Notes under the pieces: generated by a model
What the model saw: only the letters and a program-made list of their open reading frames with translations
What the model was told of the DNA's origin: nothing
Databases searched by the model: none
Shown here: in pieces, positions 8,752 to 20,377 of the stretch
Layout of the letters: each line of letters begins with the position of its first letter
How positions within the stretch are numbered: the stretch's first letter is position 1
Assembly: GCA_963675665.1 (NCBI GenBank)
Contig: OY776510.1
Coordinates: 832,001 to 896,000, forward strand
From: Spirochaetia bacterium
GTDB lineage: Bacteria; Spirochaetota; Spirochaetia; UBA9216
Direction of reading: 5' to 3'
DNA: 64,000 nucleotides
Position numbers and translations under genes: made by a program

Positions 8752-8934
8752 AGCAGATATATTATACTTAAATGAAAATTTGTGTAAGGGGGATTTCTCC
8801 GAATTGTTGACCTTAGCTGTTCAGAATAGTAATATATAGTAACAGGATCTATCAATATAATCCTGCTGTTGATCTGTTTTGTAAAACAAACTTTGGTGTT
8901 TTCCATAGCAGGTAGTTTTTATAGGAGTAAACTA

Positions 8935-9156
8935 ATGAAAGAACAGGTAATTGCGGCACTTGAAGATGTTCGACCGTCGCTTCAGGCGGACGGCGGAGAT
9001 ATAGAATTTGTCGACGTGACAGAAGACGGAATAGTATCCGTTAAACTGAAGGGCGCATGTAACGGTTGCCCTATGGCAAAAATGACCCTGAAACAGGGTG
9101 TCGAACGATACCTTAAAGAGCAGATACCGAATGTTAAAGAGGTTGTTGAAGCCTGA
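8935..9156 (+). CDS. NifU/NfuA C-terminal-domain Fe-S carrier protein
   Basis: VRPSLQADGGD...GACNGCP. AGGAG SD precedes the ATG at 8935. Confidence 0.92.
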   Translation: MKEQVIAALEDVRPSLQADGGDIEFVDVTEDGIVSVKLKGACNGCPMAKMTLKQGVERYLKEQIPNVKEVVEA

Positions 9157-9159
9157 ATT

Positions 9160-9196
9160 AAAGAGCTTTTCGAAAAATCGAAAAGCTCTTTTTTTT
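9160..9196 (+). terminator. Intrinsic terminator
   Basis: aaagagcttttcga/tcgaaaagctcttt stem followed by a T run. Confidence 0.8.
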
Positions 9197-9343
9197 GTTT
9201 GTTGATTTACCATAATTGGGGTATAAATTAAGATACCGGTTTTGGAATTACAAATTTCTACGATTTTTGAAATTCCCTCAATTAATTTAACTTTTAGACA
9301 AATTCAGCCGTTAATGAATTTGATCTATACAGAAATTCTGTAA

Positions 9344-10405
9344 ATGGGGAAAATAGTGAGTTCTGGAAATTACAGCTTCAATCAGCTTATAATAGATATC
9401 CCAAAGACAGAAATCCACCTCCATCTTGAAGGTTTGATAAGCGTCGATACAATATGGAAACTGATACAGGAGAACAAGCTCCAGTTTGACGGCAGTGACT
9501 CAAAAGCCAATCTTAAAAAACGTTTTGCCGTAAAAAGCCTTGATGAGTTTATTGATCTTTTTATAAATGTAATACAGGCCAGTTTTGTCAAAGAACAGGA
9601 TATTGTATATCTGATAGAAGATGCACAGGAATATCTGAAGCGGAACGGAATTGTACATGCAGAGATTTTTTTTGCTCCTTCAAAATTCCTTCAATCAGGG
9701 TTTTCTTACCCGCATATGGCTGATATCCTCGAAGCCGGCTCCAAAAAGATTTTCGAAGAGTCCGGAATCACCGTAAATTTTATCATTGACGTATCAAGAA
9801 CTTTCGGCCCCGAAAACGCTGAAAAGAATCTTGATCTGGTTCTTGAAAATCCCCGCAGCAGCATTATCGGCATAGGGCTCGGCGGAGCGGAAAGCTCCGG
9901 TCCGGCGGAAGAGTACAAAGCTGTTTTTTCACGTGCTGTAGAAAACAATCTTTATGTGGTTGCTCATGCCGGCGAAGATGTAGGACCCGAGTCTATCTGG
10001 AACGCCATCAACTTTCTTAAGATAACAAGAATCGGACATGGAATAAGTGCAATTGAAGACCGGAAATTAATGGATTATCTGAAAGAAAAACAGATTCCTC
10101 TTGAGATTTGTCCGACGAGCAACCTTTTTACAAGAAAATATGTTTCTAAAATACAGAATCATCCTATTAAACAATTCTACGATAACGGTATATATGTCAC
10201 ACTCAATTCAGATGACCCTACGCTTTTCGGCTCAACTCTAACTGAAGAATACATTATGCTTTATGAGTCCGGCATATTCACTGATGATGAACTTTTCAAT
10301 ATTATCAAAAACACAATCTTTGCTGCTTTTATTACTGAAAAACGAAAAGAAGCTATCTGGAACGATGCTGAAAAACTGATAAAAAAATACAAATCAGGTA
10401 ACTAA
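9344..10405 (+). CDS. add: Adenosine deaminase
   Basis: PKTEIHLHLEG, AHAGE, RIGHG, CPTSN and NSDDP motifs. Confidence 0.92.
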   Translation: MGKIVSSGNYSFNQLIIDIPKTEIHLHLEGLISVDTIWKLIQENKLQFDGSDSKANLKKRFAVKSLDEFIDLFINVIQASFVKEQDIVYLIEDAQEYLKRNGIVHAEIFFAPSKFLQSGFSYPHMADILEAGSKKIFEESGITVNFIIDVSRTFGPENAEKNLDLVLENPRSSIIGIGLGGAESSGPAEEYKAVFSRAVENNLYVVAHAGEDVGPESIWNAINFLKITRIGHGISAIEDRKLMDYLKEKQIPLEICPTSNLFTRKYVSKIQNHPIKQFYDNGIYVTLNSDDPTLFGSTLTEEYIMLYESGIFTDDELFNIIKNTIFAAFITEKRKEAIWNDAEKLIKKYKSGN

Positions 10406-10417
10406 TCTGATAAATTT

Positions 10418-10433
10418 TGTTTCACGTGAAACA
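10418..10433. promoter_or_regulatory. parS site 1
   Basis: Perfect palindrome TGTTTCACGTGAAACA, the widespread parS consensus. Confidence 0.93.
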
Positions 10434-10445
10434 AAAAAGGCAGAA

Positions 10446-10461
10446 CGTTTCACGTGAAACA
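10446..10461. promoter_or_regulatory. parS site 2, embedded in a terminator stem
   Basis: CGTTTCACGTGAAACA flanked by aggcagaa/ttctgcct. Confidence 0.9.
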
Positions 10462-10491
10462 TTCTGCCTGAAAATTTTAATCTTTCAAAAA

Positions 10492-12930
10492 TCAATTAGT
10501 ATCATCATTCTCCATGATAACTCTGGCTACACCAATTACTGAATCCGGTTTGTTTATATTAACAACCCTGACCCCCTGAGCATTTTTACCCATAACCGAT
10601 ATTTTATTAAGAGCCAATTTAAGCGTATTGCCCTGTGATGTTATACAAACCAGTTCATCTTCCTCTCTTACGGCAAGGACGCCTATAAGCTCTCCTGTTT
10701 TTTCAGTTACCCTGTAGGCTTTCTGTCCCCGGGTTCCTCTTCCGTGCGGATTAAACTGATCATAGTTTGTACGTTTGCCGTACCCGTACTCACTGATAAC
10801 GAACATCATCTCGCCTTCTTTTACGCTTAAAAATCCCGCCAGCTCGTCATCACCGCTGAGTTTTATACCCGTAACGCCCCTTGTCGCACGGCCCATGGTT
10901 CTGACTGCATTCTCGTTGAATCTCAAAGCGTTGCCTTTCTTTGTCACCAGGAATACATCATCATTTCCCGATGTAAGAACCGCATCTACAAGAGAATCTC
11001 CCGAATCAAGTTTTACTGCTATAATTCCCCGTGTTTTGGCGTTTGTAAAATCCGAAGTTTTAACCTTTTTTACTATCCCGTTTCTGGTTCCCATAAAGAT
11101 AAATTCTTTGTCGGAAAACCCTTTCAATGAGACAATAGCCTTAATTTCTTCATCAGGAGAGATTGAAAGAAGCGCCTTTATCTGGGTTCCCCTGGCAGCC
11201 CTGGAGCCTTCAGGTATTTCATGTATTTTCATCCAGTACGATTTACCAATGCTGGTAATAAACATGATGTAATCATGGGTGGATCCGACAAAAAGATGTT
11301 CGATAAAATCATCGTTTTTCAGATTTGCCGAAGAAGAGCCTTTTCCTCCGCGTCCCTGGTTTTTATATGCTGTTACCGGAAGTCGCTTTATAAAACCCTT
11401 GCCTGATATAAGGACAACCATGTCCTCTTCTTTTATCATATCCTCTATATCTATTTTTTCGGCTTCTTCAAGTACAATCTCGGTAGCCCGCTTATTACCG
11501 TATTTTTCGGACAGCTCTCCCATTTCGGTCTTTATAACGCCAAGAATTTTCTGACCATCGGATAGTAAATCTTCAAGATATGCAATAAGAGCCTTCAGCT
11601 CAGCCAGTTCATCAAGAATCTTCTGGGTTTCAAGACTGGTAAGTTTCTGCAGCCTCATGTCGAGTATTGCCTGTGCCTGTATCTCGGAAAGATCAAATGT
11701 CTCTCGGAGTCTGGTACGGGCAATATCTACCGATTGCGAACTCTTTATTATCGCTATTACTTCGTCAATATTATCAAGCGCAATCTTCAAACCAAGCAGG
11801 ATATGTTCCCGCTCCTTTGCTTTCTTCAGATCAAACCGTGTTCGTCGTGTGATTACCTCTTGCCGGTGCTCGACAAAATAATGTATCTGATCTTTCAGCG
11901 TCAGAAGCTTCGGCCTGCCGTCTACCAGCGCCAGGGCATTTACATTGAAGTTCTGCTGTAATTGTGTGTTGCTGAAAAGCCTGTTTAAAACAACCCGCGG
12001 TATTGCGCCGCGTTTAAGCTCTATAACAATTCTTATTCCGTCACGGTCAGATTCATCCCGTAAATCCGAGATTCCCTGCAGTTTCTTGTCCGCTACAAGA
12101 TCCGCTATTCTTGTAATAAGGGTTACCTTGTTAACGGCATAAGGAATTTCGGTTACAATAATTATATCCTTGCCTTTCTTTGTCGTTTCAAGGTTGCACT
12201 TTGCGCGCATTGTTATTTTTCCGCGACCGGTTTTGTAAGCCCTTATTATTCCGGACTTACCGAAAATCAGCGCACCTGTCGGGAAATCCGGCCCGCTTAC
12301 ATATTTCATCAGCCCGTCTATTGTAATATCAGGATCGTCTATATATGCCTGAATTGCTGCAGAGACCTCTTCAAGATTATGCGGCGGCATATTGGTTGCC
12401 ATACCTACTGCAATACCGCTTGCCCCGTTTATCAGAAGATTCGGTATGGCTGCAGGCAGGACAGACGGTTCAATCATCGAATCGTCATAATTAGGAACAA
12501 AGTCGACTGTTTCTTTCCTGATGTCATTTATCATGTCATCGGCTATCTTCTGCAGCTTTGCCTCGGTATAACGCATGGCTGCAGGCGGATCTCCGTCAAT
12601 TGAGCCGAAATTACCCTGTCCGTTAACCATCGGGTATCGCATTGAGAATTCCTGTGCCAGTCTCACCAATGCATCATATATCGACTGATCCCCGTGCGGG
12701 TGATATTTACCAAGAACGTCCCCGACTATTCTTCCGCATTTTTTAAACGTTCTGTCGGAGCGCAGTCCCATTTCATACATTGAGTATAAAATTCTTCGAT
12801 GAACCGGCTTTAAACCGTCGCGTACATCCGGGAGAGCCCGGCTTACAATAACTGACATCGCATAGTTCAGATAAGAGGTTTTCATCTCATCTTCAATTGC
12901 TATGGGTATTACTTTTCCTGTCGTCTCCAA
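10492..12930 (-). CDS. gyrA: DNA gyrase subunit A
   Basis: [29 protein letters not shown] and GyrA box QGRGGKG. TTG start. Confidence 0.98.
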   Translation of the reverse strand: METTGKVIPIAIEDEMKTSYLNYAMSVIVSRALPDVRDGLKPVHRRILYSMYEMGLRSDRTFKKCGRIVGDVLGKYHPHGDQSIYDALVRLAQEFSMRYPMVNGQGNFGSIDGDPPAAMRYTEAKLQKIADDMINDIRKETVDFVPNYDDSMIEPSVLPAAIPNLLINGASGIAVGMATNMPPHNLEEVSAAIQAYIDDPDITIDGLMKYVSGPDFPTGALIFGKSGIIRAYKTGRGKITMRAKCNLETTKKGKDIIIVTEIPYAVNKVTLITRIADLVADKKLQGISDLRDESDRDGIRIVIELKRGAIPRVVLNRLFSNTQLQQNFNVNALALVDGRPKLLTLKDQIHYFVEHRQEVITRRTRFDLKKAKEREHILLGLKIALDNIDEVIAIIKSSQSVDIARTRLRETFDLSEIQAQAILDMRLQKLTSLETQKILDELAELKALIAYLEDLLSDGQKILGVIKTEMGELSEKYGNKRATEIVLEEAEKIDIEDMIKEEDMVVLISGKGFIKRLPVTAYKNQGRGGKGSSSANLKNDDFIEHLFVGSTHDYIMFITSIGKSYWMKIHEIPEGSRAARGTQIKALLSISPDEEIKAIVSLKGFSDKEFIFMGTRNGIVKKVKTSDFTNAKTRGIIAVKLDSGDSLVDAVLTSGNDDVFLVTKKGNALRFNENAVRTMGRATRGVTGIKLSGDDELAGFLSVKEGEMMFVISEYGYGKRTNYDQFNPHGRGTRGQKAYRVTEKTGELIGVLAVREEDELVCITSQGNTLKLALNKISVMGKNAQGVRVVNINKPDSVIGVARVIMENDDTN

Positions 12931-12950
12931 AGTTAGACTCCACTATTATT

Positions 12951-15100
<2,150 letters not shown>

Positions 15101-15198
15101 TCAATATGATATTTTCTTGCAATGAGATAGACTATGGATTAAAATGCTCTTCTACGGCTTTTAATATTTTTGTTTTCTTTGTTCAGAGTAATTTATAT

Positions 15199-15405
15199 TG
15201 TGTATAACTTGTGTATAACTTTTATGAAAATGAAAATCACAGGTTTTTTCTTCTTAAGTGAAGATATATATATAAATTTTTTTAATATAGTTTTATAAAG
15301 TATTATATTATAATGATTTATATCATTCTTGGTCTAAGAGTGCCTGTTTTTTTTGATAAAAGCCTATTTTTAACATTACTTTAACATTGATCTGCTTGTG
15401 GATAA
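15199..15405. promoter_or_regulatory. DnaA boxes upstream of dnaA (oriC part 1 or autoregulation)
   Basis: TGTGTATAA at 15199 and 15210 and a perfect TGTGGATAA at 15397, in a very AT-rich spacer. Confidence 0.8.
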
Positions 15406-15429
15406 GCTGTTAATAAAGGAACTTTTTCT

Positions 15430-16842
15430 ATGAAAAATGAAGAAAATTGGGATTGGACCGGTTTCTGGACTGAAACACTGAATCAGATTCGTGATGAAAT
15501 CACGGAGCAGGAATGGGTTATGTGGTTCAGCAGTCTGGAATATCTTTCGGGTTCGGAAGAATCAGTGACTATTGCTGTTCCGTCTTCCTTTTATAAAAAC
15601 CAAATCTCGCAACGATACGGAACAATGCTGTCGGATACAATCGAAAATATATGCGGCCGTAACCTTAAAATAGAATTCGTCGTATCGGAAATTAAGACTT
15701 CCCTGAAAAACCAGAATGCAAATTCGGATAAAACCGAAATAAAAAACGAAAATGTTAAACCTCAGCAAAAAGCGAAGAATACTGCAAAAACCGGTATGGC
15801 CAGAAGCCATAGTCAGCTTAATCCTGATTATACCTTTGAATCATTTGTTATCGGCGATAATAATTCATTTGCTGCAAATGCGGCATATGCCATTTCCAAA
15901 AATCCGGGAACTGCATATAATCCCTGTCTTTTTTACGGCGGCGTAGGACTGGGAAAAACACATCTTATCCAGTCCATCGGGCATTCCGTTTATAAAGACA
16001 GTCCTGATCTCAAAATTGTCTATGTGACCGCTGAATCGTTTACCAACGAATTTCTTGATATGCTTGGCAAAAAGAACATGCATCAATTTAAAAACAAATA
16101 CCGGTCGGTTGATGTTCTGCTCATAGATGATATTCATTTTCTGCAAAAAAAAGAAGGAACCCAGGAAGAACTGTTTCATACCTTCAATGCTCTTTATGAA
16201 TCAAAAAAACAAATTGTCTTTACATGCGACCGACCTGTCTCCGAATTAAAGAATCTGACCGACAGGCTTCGCAGCCGGTTTGAACGCGGTTTGAATGTTG
16301 ATCTTAAACCGCCGGATCTTGAAACGCGCCAGGCTATTCTGATCAAAAAGATGGAAAACCGTAACATCTCAATATCCAAAGACGTAATTGAACTCATATG
16401 TCAGAATATAACTACCAACGTAAGAGATTTGGAATCGGCCCTTCTTAAACTTGTAGCATATGCCGAGCTGGTTCATAAGGATATAACTGTAGACATAGCT
16501 AAGGAACAGCTTAAAGACCATTTTACCGATTCCGTCCAGATAAACATTTCGGTTGATCTTATTCAGAAAATTGTCTCTGATTATTTCAATGTGAGCACGG
16601 CAGATCTTAAAAGTAAAAAACGTACAAAAGCCGTTACAACACCGAGACAGATTGCCATGTTTATACTCAGGGAACTTACCGAATACTCAACCACCGAAAT
16701 AGGTTATGAATTCGGTGGTCGCGATCATACGACTGTTATGCATGCATGCCAAAGAATAGAAAGCAGAATGAAAACTGATCCTACGCTTGAACCGACTATA
16801 AATAATATTATAAGAACTGTTAAAGATGACATAAAAAACTAG
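15430..16842 (+). CDS. dnaA: Chromosomal replication initiator DnaA
   Basis: YNP..YGGVGLGKTHL, LLIDDIHF, FGGRDHTTVMHA. Confidence 0.99.
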   Translation: MKNEENWDWTGFWTETLNQIRDEITEQEWVMWFSSLEYLSGSEESVTIAVPSSFYKNQISQRYGTMLSDTIENICGRNLKIEFVVSEIKTSLKNQNANSDKTEIKNENVKPQQKAKNTAKTGMARSHSQLNPDYTFESFVIGDNNSFAANAAYAISKNPGTAYNPCLFYGGVGLGKTHLIQSIGHSVYKDSPDLKIVYVTAESFTNEFLDMLGKKNMHQFKNKYRSVDVLLIDDIHFLQKKEGTQEELFHTFNALYESKKQIVFTCDRPVSELKNLTDRLRSRFERGLNVDLKPPDLETRQAILIKKMENRNISISKDVIELICQNITTNVRDLESALLKLVAYAELVHKDITVDIAKEQLKDHFTDSVQINISVDLIQKIVSDYFNVSTADLKSKKRTKAVTTPRQIAMFILRELTEYSTTEIGYEFGGRDHTTVMHACQRIESRMKTDPTLEPTINNIIRTVKDDIKN

Positions 16843-17062
16843 AAAAACTGTGAATATATTGTTTATGAATTGATAAAAATCTATTATTCTGTGTATAAAC
16901 TGAATAAACTGTTTATAATTTCTTTGTTCTTTCAGTTTATTATTTTATTATATGTTAAAGTTTTAATCGGCTTGTTAACATATTAGCAGATACTACTAAT
17001 ACTATTACTATTATTAATATAAAGTATGTATTAGAGAACAACGCTTTATCGGGAGATTTTAT
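16843..17062. other. Probable oriC unwinding region (dnaA-dnaN spacer)
   Basis: Degenerate DnaA boxes (tgtgtataa 16890, tgtttataa 16910) and a DnaA-trio-like run, tactactaatactattactattatta, at about 16991-17016. Confidence 0.78.
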
Positions 17063-18166
17063 ATGAAATTTACATGTGAAAAAAACAATCTTACCAAAGA
17101 AATTTCAATAGCACAGGAAATTATATCTTCTAAAAATGCATTATCAATACTTTCAAACGTTCTTCTTGAAGCTGAAAATAATACTCTTACCATAAAGGCT
17201 ACCGATTTAAAAGTTGGTTTTGAAACAAACATACCGGTTGATATTTCAGTTCCCGGAAGTACTACAGTTTATTGCGACAAGTTTTTAAGTATTTTACGTT
17301 CTCTTCCTGATGGAGATATAGAATTCGAACTGAAAGACGGAAAGCTGTTTATCAAACCTCTGTTTAAAAAAATTAATTTTCAGCTTAAAAGTATTGCATC
17401 CGAACAATATCCTGAAATGCAGAAAATCTCCGAAGAAAGCTATTTTGTTATTCCCCAGGCTGATTTGATTGAAATGATTGGTCAGACAATATTTGCTGTA
17501 TCCGACGATGAAACCAGATATTTTATGAACGGTGTTTTCATGGAAAATATAGAGGGTAATCTTATTATGGTTGCAACAGACGGCCGAAGACTCTCGTATA
17601 TCAAAAAAAATACTTCAGGTACGGTTAATCCGTTTAACGGGGTAATTATACCGCCGAAAGTTTTACAGCTGGTAAGCAAACAGAGCAGCGGAGAAGGAAC
17701 TATTCAGGTTGCCGTTACCGAAAAAAGCATCTTCTTTAAATTTGATAATCAGACTATTTCATCAAGCCTTATTGAGGGACAATTTCCCAATTATAGTCGT
17801 GTTATACCTGAAAGTCAGAATTTTGAAGTAACCGTCAAGCGAGAGGAGCTTATTGAAGCAGTAAAACGCGTATCTCTTCTTGTAGAAAATAAATCAAGAA
17901 GAATTTTTCTCAATATTACCAACGGAATGATTGAGTTAAATTCAGAAGAAAGCGAGATAGGTGTTGCTACCGAAGAAATAGAATGCGCTTACGAAGGAAA
18001 CGATACATTATTAGCGCTTAATTATTCTTATCTTATCGATCCTCTTCGCGTTATTGAAAATGAAAATATCAAACTGCTGTTTACTGAATCAAATAAAGCA
18101 ATAACTCTTCAGTCTTCAGAAGAATCTGATTACTTTCATATTGTTATGCCTATGCAGCTTGATTAA
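17063..18166 (+). CDS. dnaN: DNA polymerase III beta clamp
   Basis: ATDL, ATDGRRL, LIEGQFPNY and C-terminal VMPM. Follows dnaA. Confidence 0.98.
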   Translation: MKFTCEKNNLTKEISIAQEIISSKNALSILSNVLLEAENNTLTIKATDLKVGFETNIPVDISVPGSTTVYCDKFLSILRSLPDGDIEFELKDGKLFIKPLFKKINFQLKSIASEQYPEMQKISEESYFVIPQADLIEMIGQTIFAVSDDETRYFMNGVFMENIEGNLIMVATDGRRLSYIKKNTSGTVNPFNGVIIPPKVLQLVSKQSSGEGTIQVAVTEKSIFFKFDNQTISSSLIEGQFPNYSRVIPESQNFEVTVKREELIEAVKRVSLLVENKSRRIFLNITNGMIELNSEESEIGVATEEIECAYEGNDTLLALNYSYLIDPLRVIENENIKLLFTESNKAITLQSSEESDYFHIVMPMQLD

Positions 18167-19270
18167 ATGGGATTTTCTTCTGTAAGGACCTACCAGTTCA
18201 GAAATCTGGAGGATTCCGAGATAATTTTTTCTGATAAAGATATATACCTGGTAGGAGAAAACGGGCAGGGTAAAACAAATTTTATTGAGTCTGTCTATCT
18301 TCTTTGTGTAGGTTCTTCTTTCAGAACAAAGAATGAATCTTTTTTGTTAAAAAACGGCTGTAATGAAATGTCGATAGCAGGTAATTTTAACGAAGATGAG
18401 AGAAAAAGAAAGGTTATTCTGAAGATAGAAAATAAAAAGAAGACGATTTTTATCGACGGAAAACGAATAAAAGACAGAAAAGAATTACTTCGGGATTTTC
18501 CCTGTATAGCCTTTACTCATGATGATATTAATTTTGTAAACGGTACTCCGGCAGCACGCAGACAATTTATAAATCAGACTATAAGCATGTTCGACGAAAC
18601 ATATATTGATTCGCTTCGAACATACAATCGTGTAATAAAACTCAGAAACCGAATTCTCAAAGAACGGAAACCGGGTTTGCTTGATGTTTACGATTACCAG
18701 GCTGCTGAAGCCGGTATGGAATTACAGCGTAAACGGACGGAACTTATGGATGAGTATAATACAGTGTTTACTTATCTGTACCGAAGTATTTCAGGTACTG
18801 ATTTGAAACTTGCTGTAAAATATTCTCCGTCATGGAAAATTAAATCCGGAAACAGCACAGATGATGTTATCGGTTTATTGTATGAATTCAGAAACAGAGA
18901 CTTGATGTACGGAACTTCAACATCCGGCCCGCACCGGGACAGAATAGGTTTTTATGCTGACGGCAAAAATTTTGCCGCTACTGCATCCACCGGACAGATC
19001 AGGCTGATATCTCTGGTTCTCAGGGCATCCCAGGCTGCATATACCGCGGAAAAAAGCGAAAAAAAGCCTGTCCTGCTGCTGGATGATGTTTTACTTGAAA
19101 TGGATCTCAATAAAAGAAAGCGTTTTCTTGAATTTCTGCCCGAATACAGGCAGGCTTTTTTTACTTTTCTTCCCGACGAGGGACTTGTAAACAGCCGTAT
19201 AAACGGCCCGCTGTATCATGTAAATGCAGGAATTATAACCAGGAAGGACATAAATGAAAAAAGCTGCTGA
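18167..19270 (+). CDS. recF: DNA replication/repair protein RecF
   Basis: FRNL, GENGQGKTN, GPHRD, STGQ, LLLDDV. Confidence 0.97.
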   Translation: MGFSSVRTYQFRNLEDSEIIFSDKDIYLVGENGQGKTNFIESVYLLCVGSSFRTKNESFLLKNGCNEMSIAGNFNEDERKRKVILKIENKKKTIFIDGKRIKDRKELLRDFPCIAFTHDDINFVNGTPAARRQFINQTISMFDETYIDSLRTYNRVIKLRNRILKERKPGLLDVYDYQAAEAGMELQRKRTELMDEYNTVFTYLYRSISGTDLKLAVKYSPSWKIKSGNSTDDVIGLLYEFRNRDLMYGTSTSGPHRDRIGFYADGKNFAATASTGQIRLISLVLRASQAAYTAEKSEKKPVLLLDDVLLEMDLNKRKRFLEFLPEYRQAFFTFLPDEGLVNSRINGPLYHVNAGIITRKDINEKSC

Positions 19271-19535
19271 TATTATCAATGCCATGATGGACGGACTGTT
19301 TCAAAACAATGCCCAGCGGGAAGCTGCTACCTTATTTTCAGCCTGGAGTGAAATAGCCGGAATAGATGAAGGTTCACATTCGCAAATTGAAGAGATTGAA
19401 AACGGTATTGTTTTTGTAAGGGTAGATCATCCGGGATGGCTTCAAAAGCTTGAATTTAAAAAAGCGGGCATTCTTTCAAAATTGAAGAAAAACTACCCGG
19501 AATTATCCATCAGAAACATCAGGTTTCTCCTGTAG
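19254..19535 (+). CDS. DUF721/DciA-family helicase operator
   Basis: 93 aa with a W..IAG...H...V.V.HPGW.QKL pattern, directly after recF. Confidence 0.8.
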   Translation: MKKAADIINAMMDGLFQNNAQREAATLFSAWSEIAGIDEGSHSQIEEIENGIVFVRVDHPGWLQKLEFKKAGILSKLKKNYPELSIRNIRFLL

Positions 19536-19538
19536 ATA

Positions 19539-19568
19539 TTGACACTGCATGCATTTAAAACGTATACT
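19539..19568 (+). promoter_or_regulatory. Sigma70-type promoter of the rpmH operon
   Basis: TTGACA-N18-TATACT. Confidence 0.65.
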
Positions 19569-19627
19569 ACAGCACCCTAATTATAAGAAATAATATAATG
19601 ATTTATATAGATTAAGGAGCATCTCTG

Positions 19628-19783
19628 ATGAAGAGGACATATCAGCCCAGCAGGGTTAAAAGAAACAGGAAATTCGGCTTTCGTTCAAGAATGAAAACAA
19701 AGGGCGGCAGAGCTGTTCTTATGCGCCGAAGACGGAAAGGAAGAAAAAAACTTTCAGTTGCTGATGAGAAAAAGCCTTACTAA
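19628..19783 (+). CDS. rpmH: 50S ribosomal protein L34
   Basis: Below the ORF-track size cut-off. Manual translation: [59 protein letters not shown]. Confidence 0.97.
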   Translation: MKRTYQPSRVKRNRKFGFRSRMKTKGGRAVLMRRRRKGRKKLSVADEKKPY

Positions 19784-20141
19784 GTCGGAGCGACTTGGTA
19801 AACTTTCGGATATTAGAAGGACGTTTGCTTCCGGAAAAAGATACAGTATTCCGGGGGCAAAGCTGGTGTTTGTCGACAATAAACTGGATTATTCCCGGTT
19901 TATGGTTACTCTGGTAAAAAAATACGGCAATTCAATCCATCGGAACAGGGCCAAACGGATAGCCAGAGAGATTTTCAGACTTAATAAGCACCTGCTTAAG
20001 CCGGGGTATGATATAGTTTTGATTTTTTTTCCTGATAAAGACATATACTCTATCAGAGAAAAACAGATGTTTAAACTATTTAAAAAAGCCGGGCTTTACT
20101 CCGACGGAGGACAATGGAATCAGCATGAAAAGACCGGTTAA
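19764..20141 (+). CDS. rnpA: Ribonuclease P protein component
   Basis: [18 protein letters not shown] (RNR motif). Follows rpmH. Confidence 0.95.
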   Translation: MRKSLTKSERLGKLSDIRRTFASGKRYSIPGAKLVFVDNKLDYSRFMVTLVKKYGNSIHRNRAKRIAREIFRLNKHLLKPGYDIVLIFFPDKDIYSIREKQMFKLFKKAGLYSDGGQWNQHEKTG

Positions 20142-20346
20142 ATTCATTTTAATTGGTATTATTAAACTTTACAGGAAATTCATATCCCCAATGCTTCCTG
20201 ATTCATGCCGGTTTACACCTACCTGTTCCAAATATGCAATTACAGCTATTGAGAAATACGGACCCGGAAAAGGCAGCTGGCTTGCTGTTAGAAGGATTTT
20301 AAGATGTCATCCTTTTAATCCAGGAGGTTATGATCCGGTTCCCTGA
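20125..20346 (+). CDS. yidD: Membrane protein insertion efficiency factor
   Basis: [10 protein letters not shown]...[17 protein letters not shown]. Confidence 0.96.
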   Translation: MKRPVKFILIGIIKLYRKFISPMLPDSCRFTPTCSKYAITAIEKYGPGKGSWLAVRRILRCHPFNPGGYDPVP

Positions 20347-20377
20347 ATAAAGTTTTCCACGAAGACCAAAAGGAGAA

